DNA of 52,588 nt, filler included, from Sphacelaria rigidula (GCA_964200075.2; 4 parts of 4 records of this genome joined end to end with filler, not necessarily neighbours in it), one strand, 5' to 3'. Numbered from the whole stretch's first letter, positions 11,100 through 22,829 are shown. A program made the numbers and translations. Notes: a model not told the origin generated them from the sequence alone.

Positions 11100-12880
11100 T
11101 AGTCGCCCACGTCGTTTTGCCATGCCGAAATGTCGAACTACCCTAAAAAAAAAGCGTTCAAAACCGAAAACTGTGCCGAATCGGTCACGTCTGAGTCTCT
11201 TTCCCGCCGCGAATATATCGTCGACATGTACAACAATCATCATCACTTTTCCTTCCCTCCATCAGGCGACACACACAGGCATCTGTCAAACACTACAGAA
11301 ATACCAAAAACGATGATTGTGGCATCAAATGGGCATGCGATTGCCTTGATGCTCGCTTCAAACTGTAAAGCGATTTGCTACGCCTGACGATTTTACCCGA
11401 TACTTCCCACAACCTTGAGGTAACTTTATGAATACATCGCCGTCTAAGTTTGATCGAACGGACGCTTACTCCACATCAGAATAACACACAACTTAAACCC
11501 GACTCACACGCAATTGCTGCTCAAAGGAGTACTGAAGAAACCGGAACGGCGGGCTCGAACAACCCTCCACATGTGTTCTCGCTGCTCATTCCCTCTTGAA
11601 AACCGTCTTGGGTTGGTGTTGATTGTTCATCCGTACTCGTCTACCTTACAATTGTACACCCACTTCGCGTGGATTACTTTTTTGCGGTCAGTGCGGGGCC
11701 TCAAGGAAAGTGCCAACCTCCAGTAGCTCGTAGATTTGCCTGTTGATTGAGTCGCTCCACACGTGAGCGTGTTCCGACCGTACTGTAATATATTTTTTGT
11801 TTTTTGCTCCTTTTTTTTTTCCAGGTCGGCCATCTCGTTCTGTGCTTTGCTTTTGTTGAATCTCTTCTTCTTCTTCTTCTTCTTCTTTCTTTCTGTCTTT
11901 CCTTCTTCTTTTTTTCCGCCATAGTCTACTATGTCGTTCTGTTCGACTCTTTTTCTCTTCCTTCTTTTCTTGAGCGAGTGTTTCAGTTTTGGTTTTTCTG
12001 TGTACGTACGTCTATCATGCGACCACGGCTGGACCCATGGGTGGTCAGTTAAAGTGCGACAATCAATCAATCAAACTGTCTCGCCATACGATGTAGCTCC
12101 TTGGTGTTTGTAAGTCCTCTTGGGTACGTCTATCATGCGACCACGGCTGGACCCATGGGTGGTCAGTTAAAGTGCGACAACCAATCAATAAATCAATCAA
12201 TCAGACTGCCTCGCCATACGATGTAGCTCCTGGGTGTTTGTAAGTCACTCGCTTGACAGTACAGACGGTCGGGGAACTTCGCCGGAGGTCGCTGCTCCTG
12301 GATCGCGTAATACATGTCTTCCCGTCGAGTGAGCGTCATAGCGAAGGCATGTGGCACGCCTCCGCCACCCTCCATATGTGTTGGCTCATTGGAGCCGGTC
12401 CTGCCTATTGTGTCCCGTGTACTTAGCACTGACATCAGAGCGTCTTTATCCATCATGGACACCAGTCCCATGCGGTGCACAAGGGAATTAGGCGCCCTTT
12501 CCGGCGGGGAAGGCTCCGACGTCGCCGCCCCGTGCTGTTGGCGCTGCTTACGCGCTAGCGGCGTCCTCTACCAGGTAGGCACCTCCATCCGTACGCCCTT
12601 ATTGTGCCCGAGCTCCCGCATTACTTTGGCGGGAATAGGTAGCATCTGTAGGGGGGGAGGCTTCTGTTAGCGGCGAGGACGGTGGGTCCGTTTCTGCCAC
12701 AGCCGACGGCGAGAAAGCGATCGGAGAAGTGGCAGCAACTGGGGTCAGAGGGGTTGAGGGTGGCGCTGGAGTGGTTGCCGGCACAGCCGACGGCGGGACA
12801 GCGGTCGTCGAAGTGGCAGCAACTGGTGTCGGAACGGTGTGCCAACGATGCACGACGGCGACGCTACGTCGGCGGAAACT
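11100..12880 (-). mobile_element. Degenerate Ty1/Copia reverse transcriptase and upstream spacer, interrupted by a retroposon
   Basis: Ordered RVT_2 motifs: ASDLQTPRSY; SEHAHVWSDSINRQIYELLEVGTF; KKVIHAKWVYNCKVDEYG; DVE*ASVRSNLDGDVFIKLPQGCG; GKIVRRSKSLYSLKRASRQ; TDACVCRLMEG; IVVHVDDIFAAG. Contains stops and frameshifts. Confidence 0.85.
11790..12200 (+). mobile_element. Retroposon 3' end with (TCAA)n tail, terminus duplicated
   Basis: T-rich UTR, then GACCACGGCTGGACCCATGGGTGGTCAGTTAAAGTGCGACAATCAATCAA. A ~118-bp tandem duplication (motif at 12021 and 12139) includes flanking Copia sequence. Homologue at 25745-25970. Confidence 0.7.
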
Positions 12881-13075
12881 CCACCCGAATATTCACTCGA
12901 GCCCCCCCCCCCTGCTCCGTCTCGAAAGGGATGGATGTGTGGTCAATGGCCATACGACTATGGCGAGCAACAAACGAGTAGACCCCCCCCCTCCCCCGCC
13001 GCCGCAAGGGCAACAGGTTGAACACGATCGCCCGGGGCCACCAGAGTCGAAGCCCCCCCCCCCCCGCCCCCCCCC

Positions 13076-13175
13076 NNNNNNNNNNNNNNNNNNNNNNNNN
13101 NNNNNNNNNNNNNNNNNNNTTAATTAATTAANNNNNNNNNNNNNNNNNNNNNNNNNNNNNNNNNNNNNNNNNNNN
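13076..13175. other. Artificial contig spacer N44-TTAATTAATTAA-N44
   Basis: Exactly 100 bp. The 12-mer has stop codons in all six frames. Identical spacers at 26248-26347 and 39419-39518. Confidence 0.99.
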
Positions 13176-13312
13176 CCTTGTTTGTTGGCAGTCTGATTCC
13201 CGAGTGGGGAGGCGGGGGTCCGCCAGGGTGTGTAATGCCAATCACCATATAGATCGAAATCAGGAGAAAAAAACGCCTGCCTCCACCTAAAGACCACCGT
13301 CGAGGCACGTAC

Positions 13313-13390
13313 GTCCCCATGAGCCAGGCACCTCCCAAGACGGGCAGGTAGTACACGTCCATAACGCCTGGAAGAGATATTCCCATGATA
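13313..13390 (-). CDS. Putative plastid-targeted membrane protein, exon 4
   Basis: Acceptor CATTTACAG|T, phase 2, matches the upstream donor. Encodes (S)IMGISLPGVMDVYYLPVLGGAWLMG(T). Donor AC|GTACGT, with alternatives nearby. Confidence 0.6.
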
Positions 13391-13577
13391 CTGTAAATGT
13401 CAATGAACGGACCCGTAGCCCAGGCACAAAAATTTGGAGGCGTCTTTTGCGGGTGGTCACGCTATGGGTATACTCAGCGTGAACTACTTCTCATTCCTGG
13501 AGAATGACCAGACAAGATCAAAAAATCTTTACGAGAGGCATCGCCGTTAACTTGCGAAAAGCAGCCGGGACACGCAC

Positions 13578-13681
13578 CTCAGGGACCAGGAAAACATAAG
13601 CCCACAAAATACAATGAGGAAGGCAAACTTCATACAGGGTGGTGCAGGGTGAACGCCCAATTTTTTTTCATCGGCGGGTAC
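13578..13681 (-). CDS. Putative plastid-targeted membrane protein, exon 3
   Basis: AAAG|GTA...CTGAG|GTGCGT, 104 nt. Encodes VPADEKKLGVHPAPPCMKFAFLIVFCGLMFSWSL (hydrophobic helix). Phases 0/2 are consistent with the neighbouring exons. Confidence 0.6.
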
Positions 13682-13960
13682 CTTTCGCAGTTTCTATCCA
13701 ACAATCGAATACACGGTACATACTGACCGCTATGGACAACTCTAGAGGGTGAAGCTGATGTTTGAGGCCATGAGGGTGACGCTTAGGGGGCGAAAATGCA
13801 CCTTGACCAATCAGCGGCCTTCAGATTGTTTAGAAAAAATTACAACTTTCTGACCCCATCTTCACCCGGTTTCCACGCGCTGTAAACCGTAGGGATCACC
13901 GTGAGCTCGGGAATCGAACGAAAAAATCAGATTTGAAAAAGGGTTAATATGGGATCAAAT

Positions 13961-14141
13961 CCGTACTTGTGCGAGTCATCGCACACCCCCAGGGTGTCAA
14001 TACCAAACGACGCGTTTTCGGACAGCTATCGACAAGATCTTTCCAGCGTCACCTTTTTCAGAACTGATGCTCTGCTTGTTGTCGAGTAATCGAGCTTTGA
14101 AATTCGGTCCAGGGGATGTGCGATGACTCGAACAATTACGG
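13961..14141. mobile_element. MITE
   Basis: TIRs CCGTACTTGTGCGAGTCATCGCACACCCC / GGGGATGTGCGATGACTCGAACAATTACGG, with AT on both flanks. Confidence 0.75.
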
Positions 14142-14871
14142 ATACACCCAGACCATGGTATTTCGGTGACGTCAGATTTTGGCGTTGTCGGATTTGCATC
14201 GGTGGTATGCTACTGGGACGGTTTCCCTTTTATCTGTCGTGAAAACGCTCAGATCTTCCTCAAACTTGGTAGTTCAGTGGATATCGGTGTTCCAAATGAG
14301 CTAAAATATGTAGAAAAAAATCAAATATTCCTCCGCTTTGTACTGGCTTCTGGAATTCAGGCCGCCCCATATCACAGACAATTTTTTTTTTGTGAAAATA
14401 CATTTGTGGAGCTTTCACGTCTTCTTACGGTAAAAAAACAGTTAAATCTAGAAAAAATCGCCACTTTTCTCTGGAGTTGACTTTTTTCACCGTTCTTGGC
14501 CAAAATGAAAACTGCGGCCACCGGAAAACGGGGTGGTGTGCTAGAACCGCCTCCACTAGCAGAGCTAATCATACCAAGGTGTCAAACTCCACCTAGCTCT
14601 CTTTTGGGGCGTAAAACGACGTAAAAGCTCCGATATTTTTTTTTGTCTGTTATAAGGAGCGGTCTCAGGTGTGGAGACCCGCGGAAACAGGTACAGGATG
14701 CCTTCAAGCAGAATAACATTTTTCGTCGCAGGGTAGCACAAGGAACATATCGACGAAATTTCGTTGCGAAACTCGACAAACTCATGCAAGGGGGTCGTTT
14801 TCACGGTCAAAGGGCCCTCTGTACTAAAATCAACTTGTTAGGAGATTGTACCAGCACGGTGCAATTTAGCG

Positions 14872-15173
14872 CACTCATCCGCACAACCTCACGCCGGCTC
14901 TTGGAGTTAGACTCTGAAAACTTGCACACACGTACTTTAGGTTGTCACGCAACCGTTCAAGGGCTTTTTTCCCCCCGCCGATCATCAGGGGTCCCCGAAC
15001 GTCATGTGATCCTCTTCCCCCCCCCAAATCCCCCAAAACTCGGGGACCCGCAGTGACCGGCGAAAAATTGAAAAAAACACCCGTCCGTAGAAGTGTCGCA
15101 ATAACCCGAAGTACTTGTGTGGAAATGTTCAGAGTCTAACTCCAAAACCGGCGTGAAGTTTTCCGGATGAGTG
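14872..15173. mobile_element. Foldback/MITE with long imperfect inverted arms
   Basis: CACTCATCCG..TCACGCCGG..TTGGAGTTAGACTCTGAA..GTACTT pairs with AAGTAC..TTCAGAGTCTAACTCCAAAACCGGCGTGA..CGGATGAGTG. Inner arms are GGGTCCCCGA/TCGGGGACCC. Confidence 0.75.
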
Positions 15174-16109
15174 TATTTGGGGTGTTCACCCGGAACCAGC
15201 CCGTACTTTCAACCCACCCTCTCCCGGTGGACAAGTCTGTAGTTTCACTAGATCGACCCTCCTTTCCCGCGCCTCTCCCTCAGCACCCGCCTCATATTTT
15301 TTTACCGAAGATTGGATCAGCACCTCCGCACCGCGTCGATTCTCCCTACATTTTTTCCACTACTCATCTCCTCTCAACCACGAAAACCTGCTCAAAACGA
15401 TCATATCTGCCGGGATTCTAAGTCGACCTTCAATCTCCCACCCCAACTGGCCATCGGCGTACCATTCCACCCAAGACTGCCGAAGCGCACCCCGTATAGA
15501 TATGAAAATTGTGAGGCAACCTGAATCTATTGCAGTCTTGTCCTTCCGATTTTTTCAACGAAATTCACGTTGTATAGTGCTATTTTTTTCCGGGTTTTTC
15601 TTTGGCCGCCTATTCTGGGCTTTGGGAAGGAGTGTTGCGGTCGTTCTCGTACAATCGGTTCGGATCCATTTACCGTCTGAATAACAATCGTAGCTTGCAT
15701 ACCAAAAATATCATCATCTGGATAATAATAAAAAAAGACACATTACTAGACCGTTCCTGGTATAAATATACTTCTACTTGTCCACCCACCATGCGCTTGC
15801 AGAGGCAGAGTCCACAAGATGATATTGAGAGCAAGTTGTTTTCAAAGTGCTTCACCTTACAACATCTCCACTGTACTCTCGCAGAGAAAGCCCACAACTC
15901 GAGGTCGAGAGCAACGCGTTTTATGGTGCAAGGAAGGCACCTGCATAGTGCGGTGGATCGCCAGCTGGGAATGACCGCACTATACCGAGACCCCGCACCA
16001 TAGTGGTAAAGTGCAATTACTTGATACCATCATAGCGGATCGGATTTGTGACAACTGACTTTGATCGCACTATAATGGGTCCCCCACTACACTTCAACTT
16101 GTCTCAAAC

Positions 16110-16301
16110 CTTCGTGCCGGGTTCCGTCGCTACCATACGCGGGCCGGTTCTGCGGGCGGCATTTTCCCGCTGCGGTCTCTGGTTGCCGCTACTACCCGAC
16201 GCCCAAGAAAACGCCTTCCGAGACGATGTTCGAAACTCCGCCGTCACCGGCTTCGCGGTATCCGCCGACCGAAAATACGGACCAGTAATAAATGCCGCTG
16301 G
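16110..16301 (-). CDS. Putative plastid-targeted membrane protein, exon 2 (transit peptide)
   Basis: Strong polypyrimidine tract with CTGCAG| acceptor and AAG|GTTTGA donor; 192 nt open. PAAFITGPYFRSADTAKPVTAEFRTSSRKAFSWASGSSGNQRPQRENAARRTGPRMVATEPGTK has an ASAFAP-like AAF motif followed by an R/S/T-rich transit peptide. Confidence 0.7.
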
Positions 16302-16679
16302 CTGCAGGCGTGGAAGGGAAGGGGAGGGAGGGGGGGAAAGACGAATCTAAATCAATCAAGGGATGAAAAGGTTTCATGGACGAATTGCAGTATGCTCAGC
16401 GGGTCAACGATTTGCGATTTCTAAGCGACAGCCAGCTCTGGTTCACCCTCTCACTGCCAGGGTGAATAATCTTTTGAACCGGCGTGATTTTCACTTGAAA
16501 AATGAGAAAGACCCGGATGACGTACGAGTACCCTAAAGGTCAACGGGTTTAGCAGGGGGAGCGGGTGTGGGGGCATACTCATTTATTGCTTGCCTTAGTC
16601 GCTTGATCATTGGCCCCGCATCCCTTTCGAAACGGAGCAAGAGAGGCGGGGGGGGGTGGGAGAGGGGGGTATACACATG

Positions 16680-17035
16680 ATTTTGGATGCCGTAGTCATT
16701 TAACCCTTAGACCGCGAGATTAGTCTTTCCGGATCATGCATACTTTTTTTTCATTTGAAATTGATGCCGATTCAACAGAAGACTAACCTCGCGGTCTAAA
16801 GGTTAACCATTGACCTGACATCCCTACAAAGCCGGGACGGAGCCCGCTGGATTTTCGCCGGACCAGATTCGCAGTCACCAAGCGCCAAGCGCCGTGATGT
16901 GTTCAGTCAGTCGCACGAGGGATAATCTGCATCCTGCCAAGATTGTTGAGCCCGAAGCGTACGAATTATCGTGCAGACGGGTGACAGCCTCGAATGAGGT
17001 GCTTCATTTTTTGGTATCGTCACTTTCAGAGACGG
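16680..17035 (-). mobile_element. LINE 3'-end fragment (family of 43450-43765 and 39370-39418)
   Basis: Colinear similarity GCC.TAGTCAT..CC.TTGACCT..CATCCCTACAAAG.CGGGACGGAGC...CACCAAGCGC.AAGCGCCGTG...AAGATTGTT..GCCCGAAGC.TAC. Confidence 0.7.
16704..16802. mobile_element. piggyBac-type MITE (99 bp)
   Basis: TTAA target-site duplication (16700-16703, 16803-16806). TIRs CCCTTAGACCGCGAGATTAGTCTT / AAGACTAACCTCGCGGTCTAAAGG. Absent from the homologous host repeat at ~43490. Confidence 0.85.
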
Positions 17036-17338
17036 CAACGGGTTAGACCGCCTCATAGCTGTCTCATATTGTCAATACTGCGTAGTACGGTCATCTCCTT
17101 TCCGCGGAGTTTAGGTTTTCCCACCTCATACATTATGATCTAGCTAGACCACCATCACGGTTACCGCAAAAAAAAAAAAACGCAAACGAGAAATTCAAAG
17201 GTAACGTGGTTGCCGAGCTCACGCAGTTAGTGGCGTGTTGAACAGCGTCGTTGTAAACCGACGCCGACCCACTGAGGGGGGCAGCTTCCAGAGATGAGGT
17301 ATCCCTGGAACCAAGGGTCTTCAACAAAGGGAGTACAC

Positions 17339-17398
17339 CTTTCCACTCTGCTGAGTAGCGTACAAGACAGCTGCAGACAAGCACAGGGTCCATAACAT
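17339..17398 (-). CDS. Putative plastid-targeted membrane protein, exon 1 (signal peptide)
   Basis: ATG...AAG|GTGTAC, 60 nt. MLWTLCLSAAVLYATQQSGK joins in phase 0 to PAAFITG. Confidence 0.5.
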
Positions 17399-18419
17399 GA
17401 ACAAGATGCACGTGTTTGTGCGGTATGCCCCGGTGTCAACAATAAAATCCGTAATATGAACAAAGGGGAAACTAACTCCCCCGCAAGATTTGGGAGTGCA
17501 GCAATGATTACAGCATATCACAGGACCGTACTTTCTGCTTTCCCTCTCTCCTTCCCTCCTTCTCTCATTGCTCTTTTTTATTTGCCCACTTATTTTTTTC
17601 TGTTCATTTTCTCTTACTGAGTCGTCGTACTGGTGTTTCATGCCTTGCTGGGGGGTGAGACTTCCTGCCCAGGGAACGCGGTCACGAGCTACCGGAGTCA
17701 CAACTTGCTCCCACGGCATTGCTTTTTGTACGCCCTCCTTAGCCTGGCATTCTTGTCTCCCCCCCTTTTGTCGATTTTCCTTTGATGAGCGAGTATTTCC
17801 GTTCACCCCGACTTTAGAACCCCTTGGGCTGTTGTGGGGTGCAAAAGTGGGGAAAACTGGCCCTGACATCCAAACGAGATTTGACATTCAACTAGTTTCC
17901 CGCGAAAAACTGCCTGCCAGAAATGGCCCTCGATGATACCCGCAGTAGGTACTAGAAATGTGCGTCTTGCAAGTTCCACTCGGAATGGTCGGCCTAAGGA
18001 GCGCTCGTTTTCGTATCAGCCCTTCGTCCGGTGCTTTGCCTGAAGCAGTCTAGTCCGGTACGAAAAATAACCCCCCCCTGAATCTGTCCGAGTGTCGTAA
18101 AAAAATTAGCCCCTGGATAGTCTCGGGTGACGATCGCTTCAAGAGTTCAGATTTTTTTCTGCACCATGAGCTGCTGTTCAAAACAGTAAAACACTGTATC
18201 CGAGCATCTCCCCTAGATACCGCGCCCGGGCGATAAGATTTCGGGCTCCCACCATTCGGGGTCAACCGGGGGTCGTGTACCGTACAGTGTATACCATCTT
18301 CTACGTTGCCGATAAAATATAGGTGCATACTGTAGTCCTCCTCGTGTACACTACCTACTCTTGGGCTCAAGGATTATCGGGACATGGAAAGGGTACCCAC
18401 CATGAGCTTGTCAATAATC

Positions 18420-20100
18420 TGTAATGTGCTGTGCTAATTTACAACCTGACAATGACGAGGCAAGAAAAAGCAGCATCCTTCATGTGCCGAAACTGTAGTG
18501 TATAGTGTACTGCGTCACATACCTCACATACTGCAATGGACGGTGTTGTGCTGGATAGGTCGTTGTGAACGCCGTGTACCCCAGCAGACGCAACAGCCTT
18601 CCCGACCAAAAATATACTCGTGAGAATATCCATCTAAATAGTTGGGGTTCGGGCTTCTCGAGTACACTACAACAGTACGCTACAGACTTGTCTGCTCTAG
18701 TTCTCTATGTGCGGTTCTAAAGCGGTGGCGTAGTGGTTTGGGGACAAAGCCGCAGATGACTTAGGTTTGAAGTGACCGAGGCAGCCTCGTCGCTGACATC
18801 ACCTCCACGGATACATGAAGGGTTGTGCAACGGGTATTCCTCCAACATGTGCCACTTATGCCTAGTGCCGAGAGAGCCTCCACCGACAACTTTACACAAG
18901 CATATCTCGAAGGCCTCAGAAAGCAATGGATTGTTACACTACGGTACGGTGCTGCAGCTGCATATCTCTCGGTTATCACCTCGCGAATCACTTGACTTAA
19001 GGTGCAACAGCACGGTAGCAACCCAGCAGAGAACAGTCGTGGGTATACCATCTGGACTCTATGCTGTTGAGATCGGGTGCATGGTGAAACGTGCCGCCTG
19101 CGCCGACACCAATGACACAAATGAGTCGCCTCCTTTTGCTGCCAATGGGGCCACGTGCTCAAGAATAGTATGGTAATAGACAGCGTATCAGAACATACCT
19201 CAGCCCCATGCCCTGCGCTGGCCGTCGCTGCGGCAGCCGCGAGAATACAGCCACCGCAGCTAGCAGCCACCCTTCCTACCAAGAACACCATGGCTTTGCT
19301 TGGTACCAGGTCCTGAGTTGTGGAAGTGCAACTTTCTAATAATGCCTTTAGGTGTAGAATGGCAGCAGCCACTGGGGTATCTCGTGGATTCACTTCGCGC
19401 CTCGAAATTCTGTGCCCTCGCTTTTGGCCTTTACTCTCCACGCCCGTGCCAAGTTCCTCTTCACCCGAGTACCCGAACAGTACAGGTACAATACAGTACA
19501 CCAGAGCTGGTCGTGGGCAAAATCGGTTGGTTTCGCTCACACAGGGGGTGGTATACCACATACCACATAAATCGTATATATCACTTTTGAAGAGGGGTAC
19601 CAGTAGATTAACTAGAGGTACTCAATACACAACAACCCAACCAAACCGAAGTCTGTTTCCGGGTCGACCCAAAAAGTAGCGACCTGTAGCGAGGACAGAA
19701 AATAGGCGGGGCCTGCCAGACTCACGAATACCTGCACTACGTCTGGAGTGTGGCCGGAGTTTCCGGAGGAGAAGTCCGCTGCCCCACACTCAAGTAGTCG
19801 TATACGCGGTGTAGACAGGTATAGGTGACTGTTTGTGGGTGGGTTTGGTTGAACAAGACTCTCCCAGTTTCATTTACTTCGTGTTTGGTGTTGGGTGTTT
19901 GATTTAGCTATCATATGGAGGACGGGCGCGAGGGGGCTCGCGAGAGACGGCACGCACAGCAGCAACAACAGGGTGTTGGGCAAAATGGTGGGCGTTTCCG
20001 TGACAGCAACTTTAGCCACCGGAGAGGGATGAAAAGTGGAGGCCCTGCGCCCATGTGAGTGTGTGTGCTGTGTTCTATGGCTATCGTCGTCGTCGTGCTT
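18420..20100 (-). mobile_element. Degenerate Copia-like 5' remnant (LTR-like segment, gag zinc knuckle, protease-like)
   Basis: LTR-like segment ending CTCGCTACA|GGT at ~19685, zinc-knuckle-like CHWCRRRRHVSPC, protease-like VGGGSLGTRHKWHM. Heavily decayed. Confidence 0.35.
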
Positions 20101-22348
20101 TTCCACGAGACACGTGAATACCCGTAGTGAACGGCTTCATGTCTCTTTTGCTGCCCTTCTCAGTTTTTTTGTCACCTCCCGCCATCTCGAGAACCAAAGT
20201 CCAGGTATTTGTGTCCAACAGACCGTAACATTTGTATTGCTGACGGCCCTGTCTGTACTCGTGTAGACATGATACCTTCTACTGGACCCGCCCGCAAACT
20301 AGACTATATTATCGTCTGCCTGTCGGGTGGGATGGACGAGACTCTTATTCATACGCCCGATTCATTGTCCCACTCATTGTATCGTAAGATTGTTCATGCT
20401 TGTATATTCTGTTTCCGTGCTTTGGCGCATTTTTTGTCTTTTCCGGTCGTGTCGTTGTCGTGACACGTTTCCGTGTGTCGTCCTTTTGTTTTTTCAAATT
20501 CGTGCCAATATAAAATTGAGATGATACATCTGACACCCCCCCCCCCGATACAAAAACCGACAGCTGGCACACGAGCTTGGGGGCGACACAGGCAAAGCAT
20601 TTGGGCGTTACGCACAGGGTAGTGTAGTGTTGGTGTGCAGATATTTCCATCTACTCGAAAACCTCGTCGTTCATCTGGCCCGTGCGTGAAGACGTGCGGT
20701 AAATGCAGGAAGCCGTCAGCATTCGTACATACATCCGCTCCCTCACGGTCCTGCCCTTCCCAGCATACTGTTTATCTTTTCTAGCCCTGTTCTATGCAGT
20801 ACATACATCCTGTGTAAAGTATTAAATTGTACACGGAACGGTAGCAGCTGGCGTTCCAGCAAGTAGGACGGTACTGCAGTGTAGCTAGCATAGAAGTTTG
20901 GTTTCTAACTTCTGCTTGGCTGATCAACCAACATCACGATGGGTGTGATGCACGGCACTTGTACATGAGCGTAGTCGCAGCAAACACGAAAACGAAGCAT
21001 CCGACCATCACCCCTCTCTGCGTGTTTGTCGGCGAGACCTGAAAACTGGGGGCTCTCACTAAAATACAAATAGAGCGCGTTGTCGAACTGGACGAGATAC
21101 ACGGGCCAGTCCCCAACAGACTTGCAGTGTAAACAAAGGCAAACTTCCAACGTCGAATGAAAAAAGTCAACACACTTGTACATCGTATATTGGCGCTCTC
21201 TCGTGCACGACCCTGTGCTAGGGCGGTCCAATTTTTTGGGGGTCTTATTAATCTATTCCGTAAATCCGCCCCCCCAGCTGTTGTTGGTGTGACTAATTTT
21301 GTTACTGACGTCGAATCTCCTTTTTTAGAGATTTATTACAAGCGCTGCGATCGTCCTCGTGTCGGCGCACAAATGTTATGAAAACGGTGGAGGGCAGGGG
21401 GCGGGTTACGAGGCAGACGAGGGTATTTCCTTGCATATCTTGTTGCCTGGAACGCAGCGACGAACGGTGCCCATGGAAGCTTTTGCCAACCACCATAGTT
21501 TGTGTTGGTGGTGGGCAGGTGGTAACTGGGTGAACGGGCAGTTTCCGCGCAGATATTTGAAAGTGGCCTCTGGGAGGTTATTCCCATCATGAGTCTCAAT
21601 GACCGGTACATGAAAAACCTTGTGTTGTTGCCGTGCGCGCCGGATCGACCACGTTTCGGTGTCCGCCTCATGCAACCTACTTGTATTTTTCTGGCGCAAG
21701 GAAAGGAGCTGTGCGGCGTGAACCAGCGCTTAGTTTTGCATGATAGTTCCATTTCCTCTGTTGCTGCACCTACGGACGGGGAAAGGAGAGGCGTTTTTTT
21801 TGCACCGGGTCAAGTAGCCTGTTTGATCGCACATTGAGTTGGGTATTACGGACCACGGCAAGAGAGTTTATCCTGTCCCAGATCGATTCCGAAATACCTA
21901 TGGTTGATCCTGTAGTTGGTGTTAGGGTAGACGATCACGTTCAGATTTTGAGACGGCCCACAGTAGTCTCGCCTTGGGTTGGGGTTTGCATTGACTTTGA
22001 GGGTCGACAAAAACGATGTATGTTCAACCGTGAGATGCGGAGCGGAGCAGGGGAAAATTCCCGCCGCGACCATGGCATCCGAAGCAGACCCACTTGAAAA
22101 ATACTACTGAATGTACTGAAATGTAACATGTGCGATCTCAAGGTCATGATGCCAACCGACAGCAAATCTTCGGTTCAGGCTCGACATGATTTGTTTCTCG
22201 ACTGATGCTCATGCGGCGAGTCAGTTTTTTGCGCAAAAAAACCCGGCTTGTTGAAGAATGATTTCTGGTTGTGGTAACAGCAGTTTCTGTAGTAGCCCCA
22301 CGTTCAACTGGTATTTACTGCACGCACTTGTTCGGCTGTGACGTTTAC

Positions 22349-22525
22349 CTCATCGTGCGTCCACGAGATGCAGTAGTCGTCGCCGATGACGTGAGCAACC
22401 AGCGTTTGGCATGTTCGAAACAACTCCGAAAACAACGATTGTGTGTCCGAGTAACGGTTTACGTGGCCGAGCTCGCAGCTGCGGCATGTAGCTTGGTACC
22501 AGGGGGGATCCAAAGCACACCAGGA
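22349..22525 (-). CDS. Candidate internal exon of an unknown Cys-rich protein
   Basis: ACAACAG|TCC...GAG|GTAAAC, 177 nt, phase 0-0, open: SWCALDPPWYQATCRSCELGHVNRYSDTQSLFSELFRTCQTLVAHVIGDDYCISWTHDE. Confidence 0.4.
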
Positions 22526-22568
22526 CTGTTGTGATACAGTAAAGAGCCACCATCATAGTGGATAACTC

Positions 22569-22829
22569 TGTGAGGGTCAGACGAATCATTGCTGTTCGGG
22601 TCGCCAAATCTTGGATTTCTGAGGCCCGATTGCTCGAAAGAGAGAAAAAAGTTGGCCGCGGGTCAAGAACGTCTCCAGACAATATTTGCGCTATTCCGCG
22701 TGCCTGAGGTGCACGTATCTGGGGTGCGACGCTGAAAACTAAGTGGAGGGATCGATTCGTACGGGTACGAATCAATTTCCACTGAAAGCAAGTTATTTCT
22801 GGAGGGATCGTTAATCGCCCGACCCTTGT
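22569..22829. mobile_element. MITE copy (family of 6780-7039)
   Basis: Colinear similarity along the whole length (GACGAATCATTGC..GCTCGAAAG.GAGAAAAAAGTTG..ATTCCGCGTGCCTG..CGCTGAAAAC..GTACGAATCAATT). Confidence 0.7.

Noticed and set aside
13120..13131. TTAATTAATTAA palindrome as a biological site
   Set aside because: It is centred in N runs and repeated identically three times, so it is an assembly linker.
17830..18420. Coding-like segment between a repeat tail and the Copia-like remnant
   Set aside because: No motif could be assigned with any confidence.
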